Shown here piece by piece: positions 38,056 to 51,250 of a stretch of DNA of 64,000 bases. Each line of letters begins with the position of its first letter. The stretch's first letter is position 1. The stretch is from NCBI GenBank assembly GCA_002269645.1, contig NIVC01001296.1, positions 93,319 to 157,318 of the forward strand, read 5' to 3'. The position numbers and the translations under genes were made by a program. This DNA is from Macrostomum lignano (lineage: Eukaryota). Under the pieces are notes generated by a model, which had not been told where the DNA came from, ran no database searches, and was given only the letters and a program-made list of their open reading frames with translations.

Positions 38056-39504
38056 ATGCAGCTTTACCAGTCTGTACTGGCCTCTGTACTGGTGCTGGCC
38101 GTGATCCACCTCATTCTGGGCTCTCTGTCCATCATGTTGGGCACCGTGTCCACCATTCAAGCTGTGGTCTGGATGGCGCATCGGGTGTCGCCTATCTGGT
38201 CTGGCGGATTTGTGAGTCTTTGCAATCGATCAGTCAGTCTGTCTACCCTTTATCAGTGTGTCTTTATCCTTTATTAGTGTGTCTTTATCCTCATTAAGTG
38301 TACCCTTTGTCCTTATTAACTGTGTCTTTATCCTTTATCAGTGTGTATTTATCCCTAAAAACTGTGCTTTTATTCTCATCACCGTGTCTTTATCCTCAAT
38401 CAGCGAGTGTCTGTGTTCAGTCTCTGAGAAAATTTATCCTCAATATCAATTAGATATCTCAAATCAACATTAATGTTACTCTTATTACAATTTCAGTGAA
38501 TCCTATTCTATTCTGTAACTACTATAGGTCGTATAAACCGCTTTTCCAATATTTCAGTTCTTTGTCACCGGCATGATCGGGATTGCCTGCGTGCGAAGGC
38601 AGACTATCTACATTGTAAGAGCTGCTTATCTATGCGTACATGACACATGTATGCTAGTACGACACACCGACTTATGGCTTAGGCAAATGCTCGGTTCTCC
38701 AATCGCACTAATCACACAGGTCCAAGTTCCAACTAGACAGCTTCTACGATCTAGAGACACCCCAGGACACAATCCTCATCTAGAGACACCCAAGAGAACT
38801 CTCATCTAGAGACACCCCAGGACACAATCCTCATCTAGAGACACCCAAGAGAACTCTCATCTAGAGACACCCCAGGACACAATCCTCATGTAGAGACACC
38901 CTAAGACACAATCCTAATCTAGAGACACCCGAAGACACAATCCTCATCTTTTCTAGAGACACCCCAGGACACAATCCTCATCTAGAGACAGAGACACCCC
39001 AAGACACAACTCTCATCTAGACATCCCACTCCCAGAACACAATCCACATCTAGAGGCAACCCGGGACACAATAGTCCTATGAGATAAGACACACCAGGAC
39101 ACAATATCCACCATTCTCCGATACCCAACAGTCTCAATCCCAATCCCATATTTCAGATTCTCTGCTTCTCCGCTTTCTCCGTGGTGTCCCTCCTGACTGC
39201 CGTGATCAGCATTCAGCTGCTCAGACTAGGCCTAGTGAACCACACAACCGACGGACACACCTACCAGAAAGACACGCTTGACCAGCTGCTGCTAGGCGCT
39301 CTTGGCGCGGCCGGTGCCGAATGTGTTGTTTGCATTGTCAGCGGCATCATCAGCTGCCGCCTAGCCAAATTAGCCAAGTGTGAGATGGCCAAGAAAAGGG
39401 AGGGCATGTTCTACGTGGAAGTCTACGGAGAGAAGGACGTTATGGTGGTTAGCCGGAGCAATGGCAAGGTTGAGAAGCAGCTGCTGGACACTAGCCAGCT
39501 CTGA
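38056..39504 (+). CDS. TMEM196-like / CD20(MS4A)-superfamily four-TM protein, 186 aa; join(38056..38211,38558..38614,39157..39504)
   Basis: Three exons with canonical phase-0 sites (TTT|GTGAGT, TTTCAG|TTC...ATT|GTAAGA, TTTCAG|ATT). They give ...SPIWSGGF-FFVTGMIGIACVRRQTIYI-ILCFSAFSVVS...IISCRLAK, matching the TMEM196 pattern (PxWSG...GILCAKKK...MILFSA...TCRLA). Confidence 0.75.
38750..39025. repeat. ~26-bp intronic minisatellite (CTCATCTAGAGACACCCCAGGACACAATC variants)
   Basis: Directly visible in intron 2 of the TMEM196-like gene. Confidence 0.85.
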
Positions 39505-41318
39505 TTCTATCTGACACTCGCTGGCTGTGCTTAATTCGCTACCGAAGCTGATGCACGCGATTGGTTGCAGAGTCCTAGATAAAAAAATAATACATTCCTA
39601 TCTCCTCCCCGCTGTCTGTCTGCCTGTGCGTGTGTGTGTCGTGTGAGGCGGGTGAGAGTTATCGATTTTTCTATCTGGCCACAACCCAACCTTCCTTTCC
39701 TGCCCCCGGCCCCCACTTTATCGCTTATGTGCGAGGGGTGGCTGGTGCTTATCGATTTACAACCCTACCCCAATTTTCTTACCCCCAACCCGCGTTATCG
39801 CGTTTTTACGAGATTAGGGAGGGAGGTTATCCACTTTAACTCCACTCCACTTTAACACCCTTTCAGGCTATATCCTAAACTCTAAACCCCAATCTTCCCC
39901 GTTGTACCTTATTTAATGCTCTTGACTAAGTGCATATGCTTCTCTAGTTAGCTAGTCTCTGGATGCGAAAGCGATGCGTTATAATTATAAAAATAGGCAA
40001 GCTTTTTCTTACTGCAGTTTTTGCAATTTTCTCGCTTTTATTTAAGAAAATCCGCATAAAGTTCAGTATATCTCGATTTTTTATTACTTATAATAACTGT
40101 CTCCATCAGTTAAGTACTCAATTTATGCGATGCTTTTTACCTTTGCGTGGTAAAGCTCCATCAAATTATTAATTAAAGCCATATGACCTCATCTGACCCC
40201 TCTGACTCCTTCCTAATGATAGGGGAATCCTTTCGATAGTGAAAGAAGAGGAAGTAGACCACATTCGAATTGTTGCACAAAACATTCAACAGCCTACTTA
40301 ACACTCGCTATTCAGTAGTAAATACTGAACATGCACTCCGTTCCGACTTGCTTTTCACATCGTGCTATTAGGGAAAATCGGGTGCAATATCAACTCAACG
40401 CAACATTGATTTTTCATATTTTTTGGCACAGTGTACGTATCTGCTTGGAACTAAAAGACCCCATTTTATTGTCATTTTGTAAATCTTCGTTGTTGCCCTG
40501 CTCGTGTAACAGCTGTTTCGACCAGCGGTCTTCAATTGACTCTTGATCGCTTTTACATCTTCCCCAAACGATCGCTTCTCAAAATCTCATTACCCTATAT
40601 TCAATATTTTTGTTGCCATGCAATTAAGCTGCTGGTATAAGCTTTGAGTCTTTTTCATTTCGATTTTTGCTTTGCATGAAACGCTTTACTGATTAAATCA
40701 AGATTTTTTTAAACGAAATTTTACAACTCCACATCGTCATGATCCGCAACAGAGCATAGAAATTAAAACATAAAGTACACTGTGAATCTTGAATATATTT
40801 GTAAAATTATTTATTAGTATTCAGAATTAAATAGCAGATTTCGTCGATAAATTTTACGTATAATAATATAAGACAATGAATAAAGCAAAAGTATAAGTGT
40901 TCGAAGCATACCGTAAAGGGTGGATGGAAAGATTTGGGTTAAAAAGGATGCCATTTTTGGGGTGGGTGCTCTCATTGGCAGACAGACCATCAGCCAATGA
41001 GAGCAACGTGGAATGATCTATGGATCTAAAAGGGAAGAAAGAAATCTTTGGTGTGGGTGGATGGTGCAAGGCATCAGCCAATAAGAGCGAAGGGGTAAGA
41101 TCCACTCGTATGGATGCATAGGAAAGGAATTTTGGGGTGGGTTGGGCATGGGCAGTCATCAACCAATGAGAGCGAGGCGTAGTATCTTTAGGCGCAGAGA
41201 GAGAGGAAGGAATCCTTGGGGTTGGGTGTGCCGTCATCCAATTACAGAAAGCCGTCGATTTTATAGATAATGGCTACTGCTAACAGTATTCGCAGACAAT
41301 TACAAACAGACGCCACTC

Positions 41319-44300
41319 TCAGCCCACTGTCCGAGACACTCTCCTGGGCGATTTGAATCGGTTCATCGACGCGTCTAGTTGTCGATTGATCTGTCTAATC
41401 AGCACAAGCAATGCGAACTCGGCGAGCGACAGCATCAGCAATACAATCAGAAGCAACTCTAGTTGGCTACCAGTTTTACTAGTCAAAACCGAGTGGGTCA
41501 CTTCAATAGTCACAATAGACAGACCGTTAGCCAGCTTGGTGAAGGGGAAAATTGATCTGGCCCGAATTCCCGTGGCCTCCTCGGACGCAGCAAACGAGAA
41601 TGTGTTGACGGCGCCAACGCCTAGGCCGCAGAACCAAGCAAAGACCAGCTCACCATGGTAATAGGAGTCCAGCACGGCCACCCAGCCAATCAGAGCGCAG
41701 AGATTAATTAGCGCCCCGGCCATGTACACAATCAGCAGGCGACCGCGGATCAAACAGCCGAGAATTCCGCCGCCCAGATACGATGTGGTTGAGCCGACGG
41801 TGAACAAAAACGCGGTGGTGATCCGACCCATGGCGGGGAGGGCGTGGCCGCGCCAGCGATGAAGGGGAAGCGGGCGATGCCGGAGTGAAGCAGCAGGAAT
41901 AGGAAGACACCGTCGGAGACCACTGCAGCAAGCAGGCGTTCGCAGAGCCACAGAAGACTGGTGCGGCTGGACTGCATCTCGGTCTGATGAGGGGGGGGGG
42001 CACGGACGGGTGGGCTTGTGGAGATCCACTGTGTCAGGTTCTCATTCCGTCAGACTCTTAGCTGTGTCGGAATTCGATGGTGTCCGACTAGAAACTGTAT
42101 CAGACTAATAGAAACTGTATCAGACTAATAGAAACTGTATCAGACTAATAGAAACTGTATCAGACTAATAGAAACTGTATCAGACTAATAGAAACTGTAT
42201 CAGACTAATAGAAACTGTATCAGACTAATAGAAACTGTATCAGACTAATAGAAACTGTATCAGACTAATAGAAACTGTATCAGACTAATAGAAACTGTAT
42301 CAGACTAATAGAAACTGTATCAGACTAATAGAAACTGTATCAGACTAATAGAAACTGTATCAGACTAATAGAAACTGTATCAGATTAATATAAACTGTAT
42401 CAGACTAATAGAAACTGTATCAGACTAATAGAAACTGTATCAGACTAATAGAAACTGTATCAGACTAATAGAAACTGTATCAGACTAATAGAAACTGTAT
42501 CAGACTAATAGAAACTGTATCAGACTAATAGAAACTGTATCAGACTAATAGAAACTGTATCAGACTAATAGAAACTGTATCAGACTAATAGAAACTCCAT
42601 CAGACTAATAGAAACTGCATCAGACTAATAGAAACTGTATCAGACTAATAGAAACTGTATCAGACTAATGGAAACTGTATCAGACTAATAGAAACTGTAT
42701 CAGACTAATAGAAACTGTATCAGATTAATAGAAACTGTATCAGACTAATAGAAACTGTATCAGACTAATAGAAACTGTATCAGATTAATAGAAACTGTAT
42801 CAGATTAATAGAAACTGTATCAGATTATTAGAAACTGTATCAGATTAATAGAAACTGTATCAGACTAATAGAAACTGTATCAGACTAATAGAAACTGTAT
42901 CAGATTAATAGAAACTGTATCAGACTAATAGAAACTGCATCAGACTAATAGAAACTGTATCAGATTAATAGAAACTGTATCAGACTAATAGAAACTGTAT
43001 CAGATTAATAGAAACTGTATCAGACTAATAGAAACTGTATCAGACTAATAGAAACTGTATCAGACTAATAGAAACTGTATCAGACTAATAGAAACTGTAT
43101 CAGACTAATAGAAACTGTATCAGACTAATAGAAACTGTATCAGACTAATAGAAACTCCATCAGACTAATAGAAACTGCATCAGACTAATAGAAACTGTAT
43201 CAGACTAATAGAAACTGTATCAGACTAATAGAAACTGTATCAGACTAATAGAAACTGTATCAGACTAATAGAAACTGTATCAGATTAATAAAAACTGTAT
43301 CAGACTAATAGAAGCTGTATCAGACTAATAGAAACTGTATCAGATTAATAGAAACTGTATCAGATTAATAGAAACTGTATCAGATTAATAGAAACTGTAT
43401 CAGATTAATAGAAACTGTATCAGACTAATAGAAACTGTATCAGACTAATAGAAACTGTATCAGATTAATAGAAACTGTATCAGACTAATAGAAACTGCAT
43501 CAGACTAATAGAAACTGTATCAGATTAATAGAAACTGTATCAGACTAATAGAAACTGTATCAGATTAATAGAAACTGTATCAGACTAATAGAAACTGTAT
43601 CAGACTAATAGAAACTGTATCAGACTAATAGAAACTGTATCAGACTAATAGAAACTGTATCAGACTAATAGAAACTGTATCAGACTAATAGAAACTGTAT
43701 CAGACTAATAGAAACTGTATCAGACTAATAGAAACTGTATCAGACTAATAGAAACTGTATCAGATTAATAGAAACTGTATCAGACTAATAGAAACTGTAT
43801 CAGATTAATAGAAACTGTATCAGACTAATAGAAACTGTATCAGACTAATAGAAACTGTATCAGACTAATAGAAACTGTATCAGACTAATAGAAACTGTAT
43901 CAGACTAATAGAAACTGTATCAGACTAATAGAAACTGTATCAGACTAATAGAAACTGTATCAGACTAATAGAAACTGTATCAGACTAATAGAAACTGTAT
44001 CAGACTAATAGAAACTGTATCAGACTATATAGAAACTGTATCAGATTAATATAAACTGTATCAGACTCAAGAAACTGTCAAACACTATAGAAAATATGTC
44101 AGACTTGAAACTGTGTCAGTCTCTAAACATTGAGGCTGCAACAATTGGGCAATAGCTTTCTATGCTCACCAATGACATGCTGAGCAGTCGCTTTTTCCAG
44201 TCCTTCTTCTCGAACAACTGATCGATCACGCTGGCATCGTTTGACGGCTTCGGCGCCGATGCGCTTGCCGCCTCCTCCTCGTCCGTGTCCAGCTCAGCTT

Positions 44301-44403
44301 CCTCGGTATCGTCATCCGCTTCATCAGTTCGGGCGTCGGCCAGCTGAACTGACGACGGTAGCGGCGAGTACTCCAGCTGCTGTAGGGGCTTCTTCTTTTG
44401 CGA

Positions 44404-44436
<33 letters not shown>

Positions 44437-47400
44437 GAAACTGTAAGAAAGTTGATTTTTGATCTGAGGATTCTGAGATGTGCCAATTTCGTTATGCGGC
44501 AGCTCTGACAACCAAAAAAGTTCACTCGAGGGCTCCCTGAAGCACTTTAGATGCTTGCAAAAACGCTCCCAGACTGTTCAGACAACATGAACACCACAGA
44601 CAACCCAGACATTACAGAGACTACAGACACCACCGACACGACAGAAACCACAGACACCTCAGACACCTCAGACACCACAGACATCACAGACAGGCACCAC
44701 AGACACCATAGACACCATAGACACTACAGACATCACAGACAGGCACCACAGACACCTCGGACACCACAGACATCACAGACAGGCACCACAGAAACCACAG
44801 ACACCATAGACACTACAGACACTACAGACACTACAGACACTACAGACATCACAGACAACCCAGACACCATAGACACCACAGAAACCACAGGCACCACAGA
44901 TGCCATAAACACCACAGACACCCCAGACACCCCAGACACCACAGACAACCCAGACACCACAGACAACCCAGACACCACATACAACCCAGACACCACAGAC
45001 AACCCAGACACCACAGACAACTCAGACACCACAGACAACCCAGACACCACAGACAACCCAGACACCACAGACAACCCAGACACCACAGACAACCCAGACA
45101 CAACAGACAACCCAGACACCACAGACAACCCAGACACAACAGACAACCCAGACACCACAGACAACCCAGACACCACAGACAACCCAGACACCACATACAA
45201 CCCAGACACCACAGACAACCCAGACACCACAGACACCACAGAAACCACAGGCACCACAGACACCACAGAAACCACAGACACCACAAACACCACAGAATCC
45301 CATACATTCCCAAACGCCTCACATCGGAAACACCCGAGGGGTCTATGAAATTTGCTTGCGAGAAGTTTGCTTGCCGAAGTTTGCTTGCGGGACTTTTGCT
45401 TGTGGAATTTTGCTTGCCGAACTTTGCTTGCCGAGGTTTGCTTGCCGAAGTTTGCTTGCGGAATTTTGCTTGCCGAAGTTTGCTTGCCGAAGTTTGCTTG
45501 CGGAATTTTGCTTGCCGAGGTTTGCTTGCCGAGCTTTGCTTGCGGAATTTTGCTTGCCGAAGTTTGCTTGCCGAGCTTTGCTTGTGGAATTTTGCTTGCC
45601 GAGGTTTGCTTGCCGAGCTTTGCTTGTCGAACTTTGCTTGCCGAATTTTGCTTGCAGGAAATTTGCTTGCTGATCGAGGTTCGCTATCCAAAGTTTTTTT
45701 AGCGGAACCGTAAAGAACCAAATTTTGAGCTCTTTTATTTCTAATTTTCATTTTGTATGAGAATATGGCGGATTTCAAAAGCCGTAATGCAGAAATGGAA
45801 TAATTCAGGTTTTTTTCTGGGAATATATTTCAACAAAAATTGGACAACAATACATGTCGAATGATTTAGGCAGCAAAATGTACAGAATAGATTTTCCATA
45901 TATAGCACAGGGCGCGCCCCCCGTTGAGTTTGATTTTTTTGATTTTTTATATGGAGTTCAACTTTTTCTAGCACCTGTCTGGTGCTCCATTCTCATGTTT
46001 ATCACAAAAGTACGATTATGTGCTCTGTATTTTCTTTTTTGTATGAGGAACCGGTGGTTATTCTTTTAAATTGCAGCGATTTTATGCCGCCGTTACCTTC
46101 TGCATTTATTGATTTTTATTTTTTTGTATTTACGTGCAGAGCACTAAAAAGTTCCCGAAATGGGTTTTTTAAAATCAGTGTCAAGTCAGTTTATGTCGAC
46201 GCTGATAAGAATCCACTTGCAAAGCAACTGTAGTATGTAATAATTGACGGACCAACTTCACAAGCTATCAAACAAGCAAGCAAACAAGAAAATAATTCGG
46301 CAAGTTAAAACCTTGCAATTGTGATTGCGAATTTTTAGGAAGCAGACATCAAAATTCCGCAAGCAAACTTCGGCAAGCAAACCTCGGCAAGCAAAATTCC
46401 TGCAAGCAAATTTCCTGCAAGCAAATTTCCTGCAAGCAAAGTTCGGCAAGCAGACTTCGGCAAGCAAAATTCCACAAGCAAACTTCGGCAAGCAGACTTC
46501 GGCAAGCAAAGTTCGGCAAGCAAAATTCCACAAGCAAAATTCCACAAGCAAAGTTCGGCAAGCAAACCTCGGCAAGCAAAATTCTGCAAGCAAACTTCGG
46601 CAAGCAAACCTCGGCAAGCAAAATTCTGCAAGCAAACTTCGGCAAGCAAACTTCGGCAAGCAAAATTCCACAAGCAAACTTCGGCAAGCAGACTTCGGCA
46701 GGCAAAATTCGGCAAGCAAAGTTCGGCAAGCAAAGTTCGGCAAGCAAAGTTCGGCAAGCAAAATTCGGCAAGCAAAATTCGGCAAGCAAAATTCGGCAAG
46801 CAAACTTCGGCAAGCAAAGTTCGGCAAGCAAAGTTCGGCAAGCAAAGTTCGGCAAGCAAACTTCGGCAAGCAAACTTCCCGCAAGCAAACGTCGTACTCC
46901 CCACCCGAGAAACCCAGACGTACCTATACGGCCGCACCGGCCGTGCAAACAATAGGCCGCCAAAAATTCCCATGACGCAGGCGATGGTTCCATAGGCGTA
47001 AAACACGGCCCGCCAGCCCGCCAGCTTTAGCGCAATCGAGTAGCCATCAATGAGGAAGAACGTAGCAAAGGCGACTCCCTGCACCATGGTGGTGGCGAAG
47101 ATTCTCAGGCTGGACTCGCGCGGGAAATAATCGTCAATAACCAGAATAACGGTGGACAGCATGACGGAGGCGGCGCCGCCTGCGGCCACCGTGTCGGTGA
47201 AGATCATGTAGCCGGGCTCCGAGAACCCAGTCGACAGCAGGCAGGCAAGCAGGCTGGTCAGGCCAGAGGCAACCATGCAGGTTCTATAGCTGATCTTGAA
47301 GTGATCGATAATTCCCGAGATCAGAGGCACAAACATGAACACAATCATGCCATGAGTGGCGCCTAGCCAGTGTACCTCGTTTCGTTCAACGTAGGCTGGC

Positions 47401-47543
47401 AAATCTTCGTAGAGGTACAAAGCCAGAGAGCCGTGGCAGCGAACGTTAGTAGCGATTAGTAGGGAGCTGATGCAGCAGACTACTAGGATCAGCAGCGGCG
47501 TGACGCTGTCAATCAGCTCCTGCGCCTTGCTGCTAATTGTCAT
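41319..47543 (-). CDS. MFS transporter, monocarboxylate-transporter (SLC16)-like; join complement(47543..46924,44440..44170,41983..41319) with an apparent 1-nt frameshift near 41830-41870
   Basis: Exon 1 encodes six TM-like segments (...GWRAVFYAYGTIACVMGIFGGLLFARP). The phase-2 donor AG|GTACGT matches the acceptor CTTACAG|T. Exon 2 is an acidic/poly-Q loop ending TTG|GTGAGC. Exon 3 follows CCCCCTCATCAG| and encodes the C-terminal TM half across two frames. Confidence 0.75.
42091..44070. repeat. 20-bp intronic minisatellite (CAGACTAATAGAAACTGTAT), about 99 copies, with a 560-bp higher-order duplication
   Basis: Three units per 60-nt line. Rare variants recur at 42591/43151 and at 42901-42940/43461-43500. 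Confidence 0.98.
44570..45295. repeat. 9/18-bp intronic minisatellite (ACACCACAG / ACACCACAGACAACCCAG)
   Basis: Directly visible in intron 1 of the MFS gene. Confidence 0.9.
45339..46901. mobile_element. Foldback-type element (Mutator/FB-like) with arms built of 14-15-bp subrepeats and an 8-bp TSD
   Basis: Left arm is (TTTGCTTGCCGAAG)n at ~45350-45670 and right arm is (CTTCGGCAAGCAAA)n at ~46350-46890, in inverted orientation. Termini are GGG...CCC. TSD CACCCGAG at 45331-45338 and 46902-46909. Confidence 0.8.
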
Positions 47544-47641
47544 GCTGTACCAATGCTTAGGCGGACTCTTTAGACGGAGAGAAACATGGAAATCTAGCTA
47601 CACACAAGATACAAAGATAGCGCGCAGCTAAACTCCTAGAG

Positions 47642-47649
47642 TTTATATA
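47642..47649 (-). promoter_or_regulatory. Candidate TATA box (TATATAAA) for the MFS gene
   Basis: Minus-strand TATATAAA about 100 bp upstream of the ATG at 47543. Confidence 0.4.
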
Positions 47650-48310
47650 GGAATGAGTTTCTGAGATAGCTTGAGCATCCAACTCACTGTACAGCTGGCT
47701 CAAGATGCACTCACGCACACACAGTTATAGAAAAAGAACAATAAGAATGAGATGAAGTGAGAAATGTACGCTTCTTCAGCATTGTTTGTATTTGCATTGA
47801 AACACGTGCGCTTGTGGTCTCAGGTTGAGTGCTAATTCAGCCCAACCCCTGACCACCGCCTCTCTACCCCTTTGCTCAAGGTAATCATTTATCTGGCCAT
47901 CTTCTCTTATGCAAATTTTGAATGCGCAGAGTTTGCTAGTGTGCATAGGTAGTTGCGACTGTAGCTGGAGACCTGCTAGTGTTTGAATTGACCTTGGCTA
48001 AAGAGAATACGCACACTCAACAACATGCTCCACCCCGAAATCAGTGGTCAACTTTTCTCAGGTCTTCAGCCCGAACTGACGGCATTCCCGCCATGCCCGC
48101 GGTTCTCGCCTCAACTGTGGTTGATGCAGCGTGCGTCACAAGGCTGGTGAGGAGAGAGCGGAGAGCTATGGCTGGAGTTGTATTAAAAGCTGCCACTTGT
48201 TGATCACTGGTCTCGGGGTGGAAGCTTTAACATGCTGTTGAATGTACAGTACATGTACAAATTATATTAGTGATACGTGCAACACATACTTCTATAGTGA
48301 AAATACAGAC

Positions 48311-48510
48311 AGGGGAAGCAGCTGAGGCAGGGGAAGCAGCTGAGGCATGGGAAGCAGCTGAGGCAGGGGAAGCAGCTGAGGCAGGGGAAGCAGCTGAGGC
48401 AGGGGAAGCAGCTGAGACAGAGGAAGTAGCTGAGGCAGGGGAAGCAGCTGAGGCAGGGGAAGCAGCTGAGGCAAGGGAAGCAGCTGAGGCAGGGGAAGCA
48501 GCTGAGGCAG
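48311..48510. repeat. 18-bp minisatellite (GGGAAGCAGCTGAGGCAG), about 11 copies
   Basis: Directly visible. Confidence 0.92.
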
Positions 48511-49506
48511 CCTAAGAACACCAGAGGAAGCTAGAACTGCAGGTGCCATAGGAACGGCTCACTTAGGTTAAAAAATCATCGTTTTTTCACTTTGGCACGT
48601 CAGAGAGAGGTGAGCAAGCATCTGAGGCTTAGACTAAAAAACTGACAGTCGGAGGCGGGCAGTTGTCAGGAGTGGGGGCAGCCTCTCAGCTTACAAGGGA
48701 AACAGCCGTGGTGAGGGAAGCCAGAGCAGCGGCAGGGCATTATTGACAGGGCAAAGTGGCTGGGGGTGGGGGGTTAGCGCCCGGATTCATTTTCGCTCGC
48801 GCAGGAAAAACTTGGGTAGGATCGCGCTGGCGTGCATACAGCGCAGAAGCCCTCCCCAAAAGGCTGCAGACTTCCAATTCACACGCGGATCTATAATACT
48901 TCAATGACTTGCTGGCGAGCCAGGTATTTCAGGCCTGAAGCGCGGTCTGCTCGTGTCCGTGCAAAAATACACACACGCGGGCACTATTGGCTGCTGCAGG
49001 GGAATCAATGAACACCCGCCCCACCCATGATGCCTACTTCTGCATGCTGGGCCGCCGTCACCGCCGCCTTGACAACCGAAGGAGAGGAAAGTGTGCAGGA
49101 GAGGATTAGAAAGTCACTTTTTCTTCCCAATCGGCTTGGAGACTGAGAACTTTCCGTTGATTTTGGAGAAAAAATGAAAGTGGAAGCTTAATAATTCAGT
49201 AGCTCTTAGTCTAACGTGCGCAGCGTTTTATAACGGTATCAATCCCTTAAATTTTCTCACTACCTTTGGTGGCCTTGGGGGATTTTACCTTGGAGACTAA
49301 AATCGAACTGATTCAGCTCTCGGCCTTACTGGGTCAACAGCTTGTGCTGGACAGGGTACAGGGTACAGCATCAGATTCGTCACTTCGACTTATTTCAATA
49401 GAAAAATGGAAAAATGACGCAGTGCACCACACAGACACATCTACGAAAAGAGTACTTTTGCTGAACTTTTCATGTCCGTGTTCATAAACAGAATGCATTT
49501 CACATC

Positions 49507-50392
49507 CAGCAAATAAAACACCCACCTCACCCCAGCAAATAAAACACCCACCTCACCCTAGCAAATAAAACACCCACCTCACGCCCGGCAAATAAAACAC
49601 CCACCTCACGCCCGGCAAATAAAACACCCACCTCACCCCAGCAAATAAAACACCCACCTCACCCCAGCAAATAAAACACCCACCTCACCCCAGCAAATAA
49701 AACACCCACCTCACGCCCGGCAAATAAAACACCCACCTCATCCCCAGAAAATAAAACACCCACCTCACGCCCAGAAAATAAAACACACACCTCACGCCCG
49801 GCAAATAAAACACCCACCTCACGCCCGGCAAATAAAACACCCACCTCACCCCAGCAAATAAAACACCCACCTCACGCCCGGCAAATAAAACACCCACCTC
49901 ACGCCCAGAAAATAAAACACACACCTCACGCCCGGCAAATAAAACACCCACCTCACGCCCGGCAAATAAAACACCCACCTCACCCCCAGAAAATAAAACA
50001 CCCACCTCACGCCCAGAAAATACTCGTAAAACACACACCTCACGCCCGGCAAATAAAACACCCACCTCACGCCCAGCAGATCAAACACCTACCTAACGCC
50101 CAGAAAATAAAACACACACCTCACGCCCGGCAAATAAAGCACCCACCTAATGCTCGGCAGATCAAACACCTACCTCACGCCCAGCAGATCAAACACCCAC
50201 CTCATCCCCGGCAAATAAAACATCTCACGCCCGGCAAATAAAACACCCGGCCCACCTCATGTCCAGCAGATTAAACACCCACCTCCCCCCAGCAAATACA
50301 ACACCCACCTCACGCCCAGAAAATAAAACACCCACCTCACACCCAGAAAATAAAACACCCACCTCACGCCAAGCAAATAAAACACCCACCTA
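49507..50392. repeat. 25-27-bp minisatellite (CAAATAAAACACCCACCTCACGCCCGG variants), about 33 copies
   Basis: Directly visible. Confidence 0.93.
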
Positions 50393-51250
50393 TATTATAG
50401 TAAGTAAATACATTGATTCAGTCGGTACAAAAGGAACCATCAGCTTCAGTAATACTGTTTGTATTGGACTGCTTGCTGATTTTTAGTAACCAGTTTCTGC
50501 TGTCAAATCTGCGGTATGCTGTGCTGCGCTGTATTTTCAAGCACCGGATTTGCTCCGGTCACCCATCCTGCATTCTTCTGAGCAGTGGACAATATCCCGC
50601 CTTTTTTAACTGACTCTGTCTTTCTACTCTGTTCAAGACCCAAAATTTAGTCCTTGAGACGCAATGAGTCGATGCAATACACACAGGAAGGCCCCTGTCC
50701 CATACATAGGAGGAGACCTTTGTTGGATCTGCTGCTGTGGGGTAGGGCGGACCGCGCCAGTTTGTTTATGCCAAACATGGCTGAAATCCCGATCGGTGAG
50801 GGATTGGATTTGGTGAATGGAGCTGCAGCTGAACGCCTATGTAAACACAACACACACGCACACTCACACGCACACACACATCTCTCTGCGGGGGCAACCG
50901 GCTATGAGGTTGGCTGTTTTTTGTCGCTAACCCCAGACTGTCTATAACGGGAGCCAACTGCAGCTTTGGGGGTAAGAAAGTATGACGATGGGAGATGGCA
51001 GCGCTGGGGCGATGAGGGAGCATTGGGGTTGGCTTGGACCACTCTATAAAGGGATAAGTCTCTTTCCGCGAGAGCAACTTAGACTTTGGCGCCTCTCTTC
51101 TAGCACCGTCACTCCAAGCAAGAATTGATTGACTACTCAACAGTTCCAATATTAACTGGAAATTAATTATTTACTAACAACGAGGACCAACTGTAGAGCC
51201 AGGGATCTCCAAGGACGATGGGGATCGGGCCATAGACGGGAGACATCAGC

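Noticed and set aside
42091-44070. CRISPR-like regular array
   Set aside because: The repeats are contiguous with no unique spacers, the context is a eukaryotic intron, and there are no cas genes. The same applies to all other arrays in the window.
44551-45348. Mucin-like (TTDNPD)n ORF
   Set aside because: It is an intronic minisatellite antisense to the MFS gene and is open in several frames on both strands.
45345-46993. (FACRSLLAE)n / (KQTSASK)n ORFs and the repeat tail of ORF 46335..47543
   Set aside because: They are foldback-arm translations. The true exon ends at the donor at 46923.
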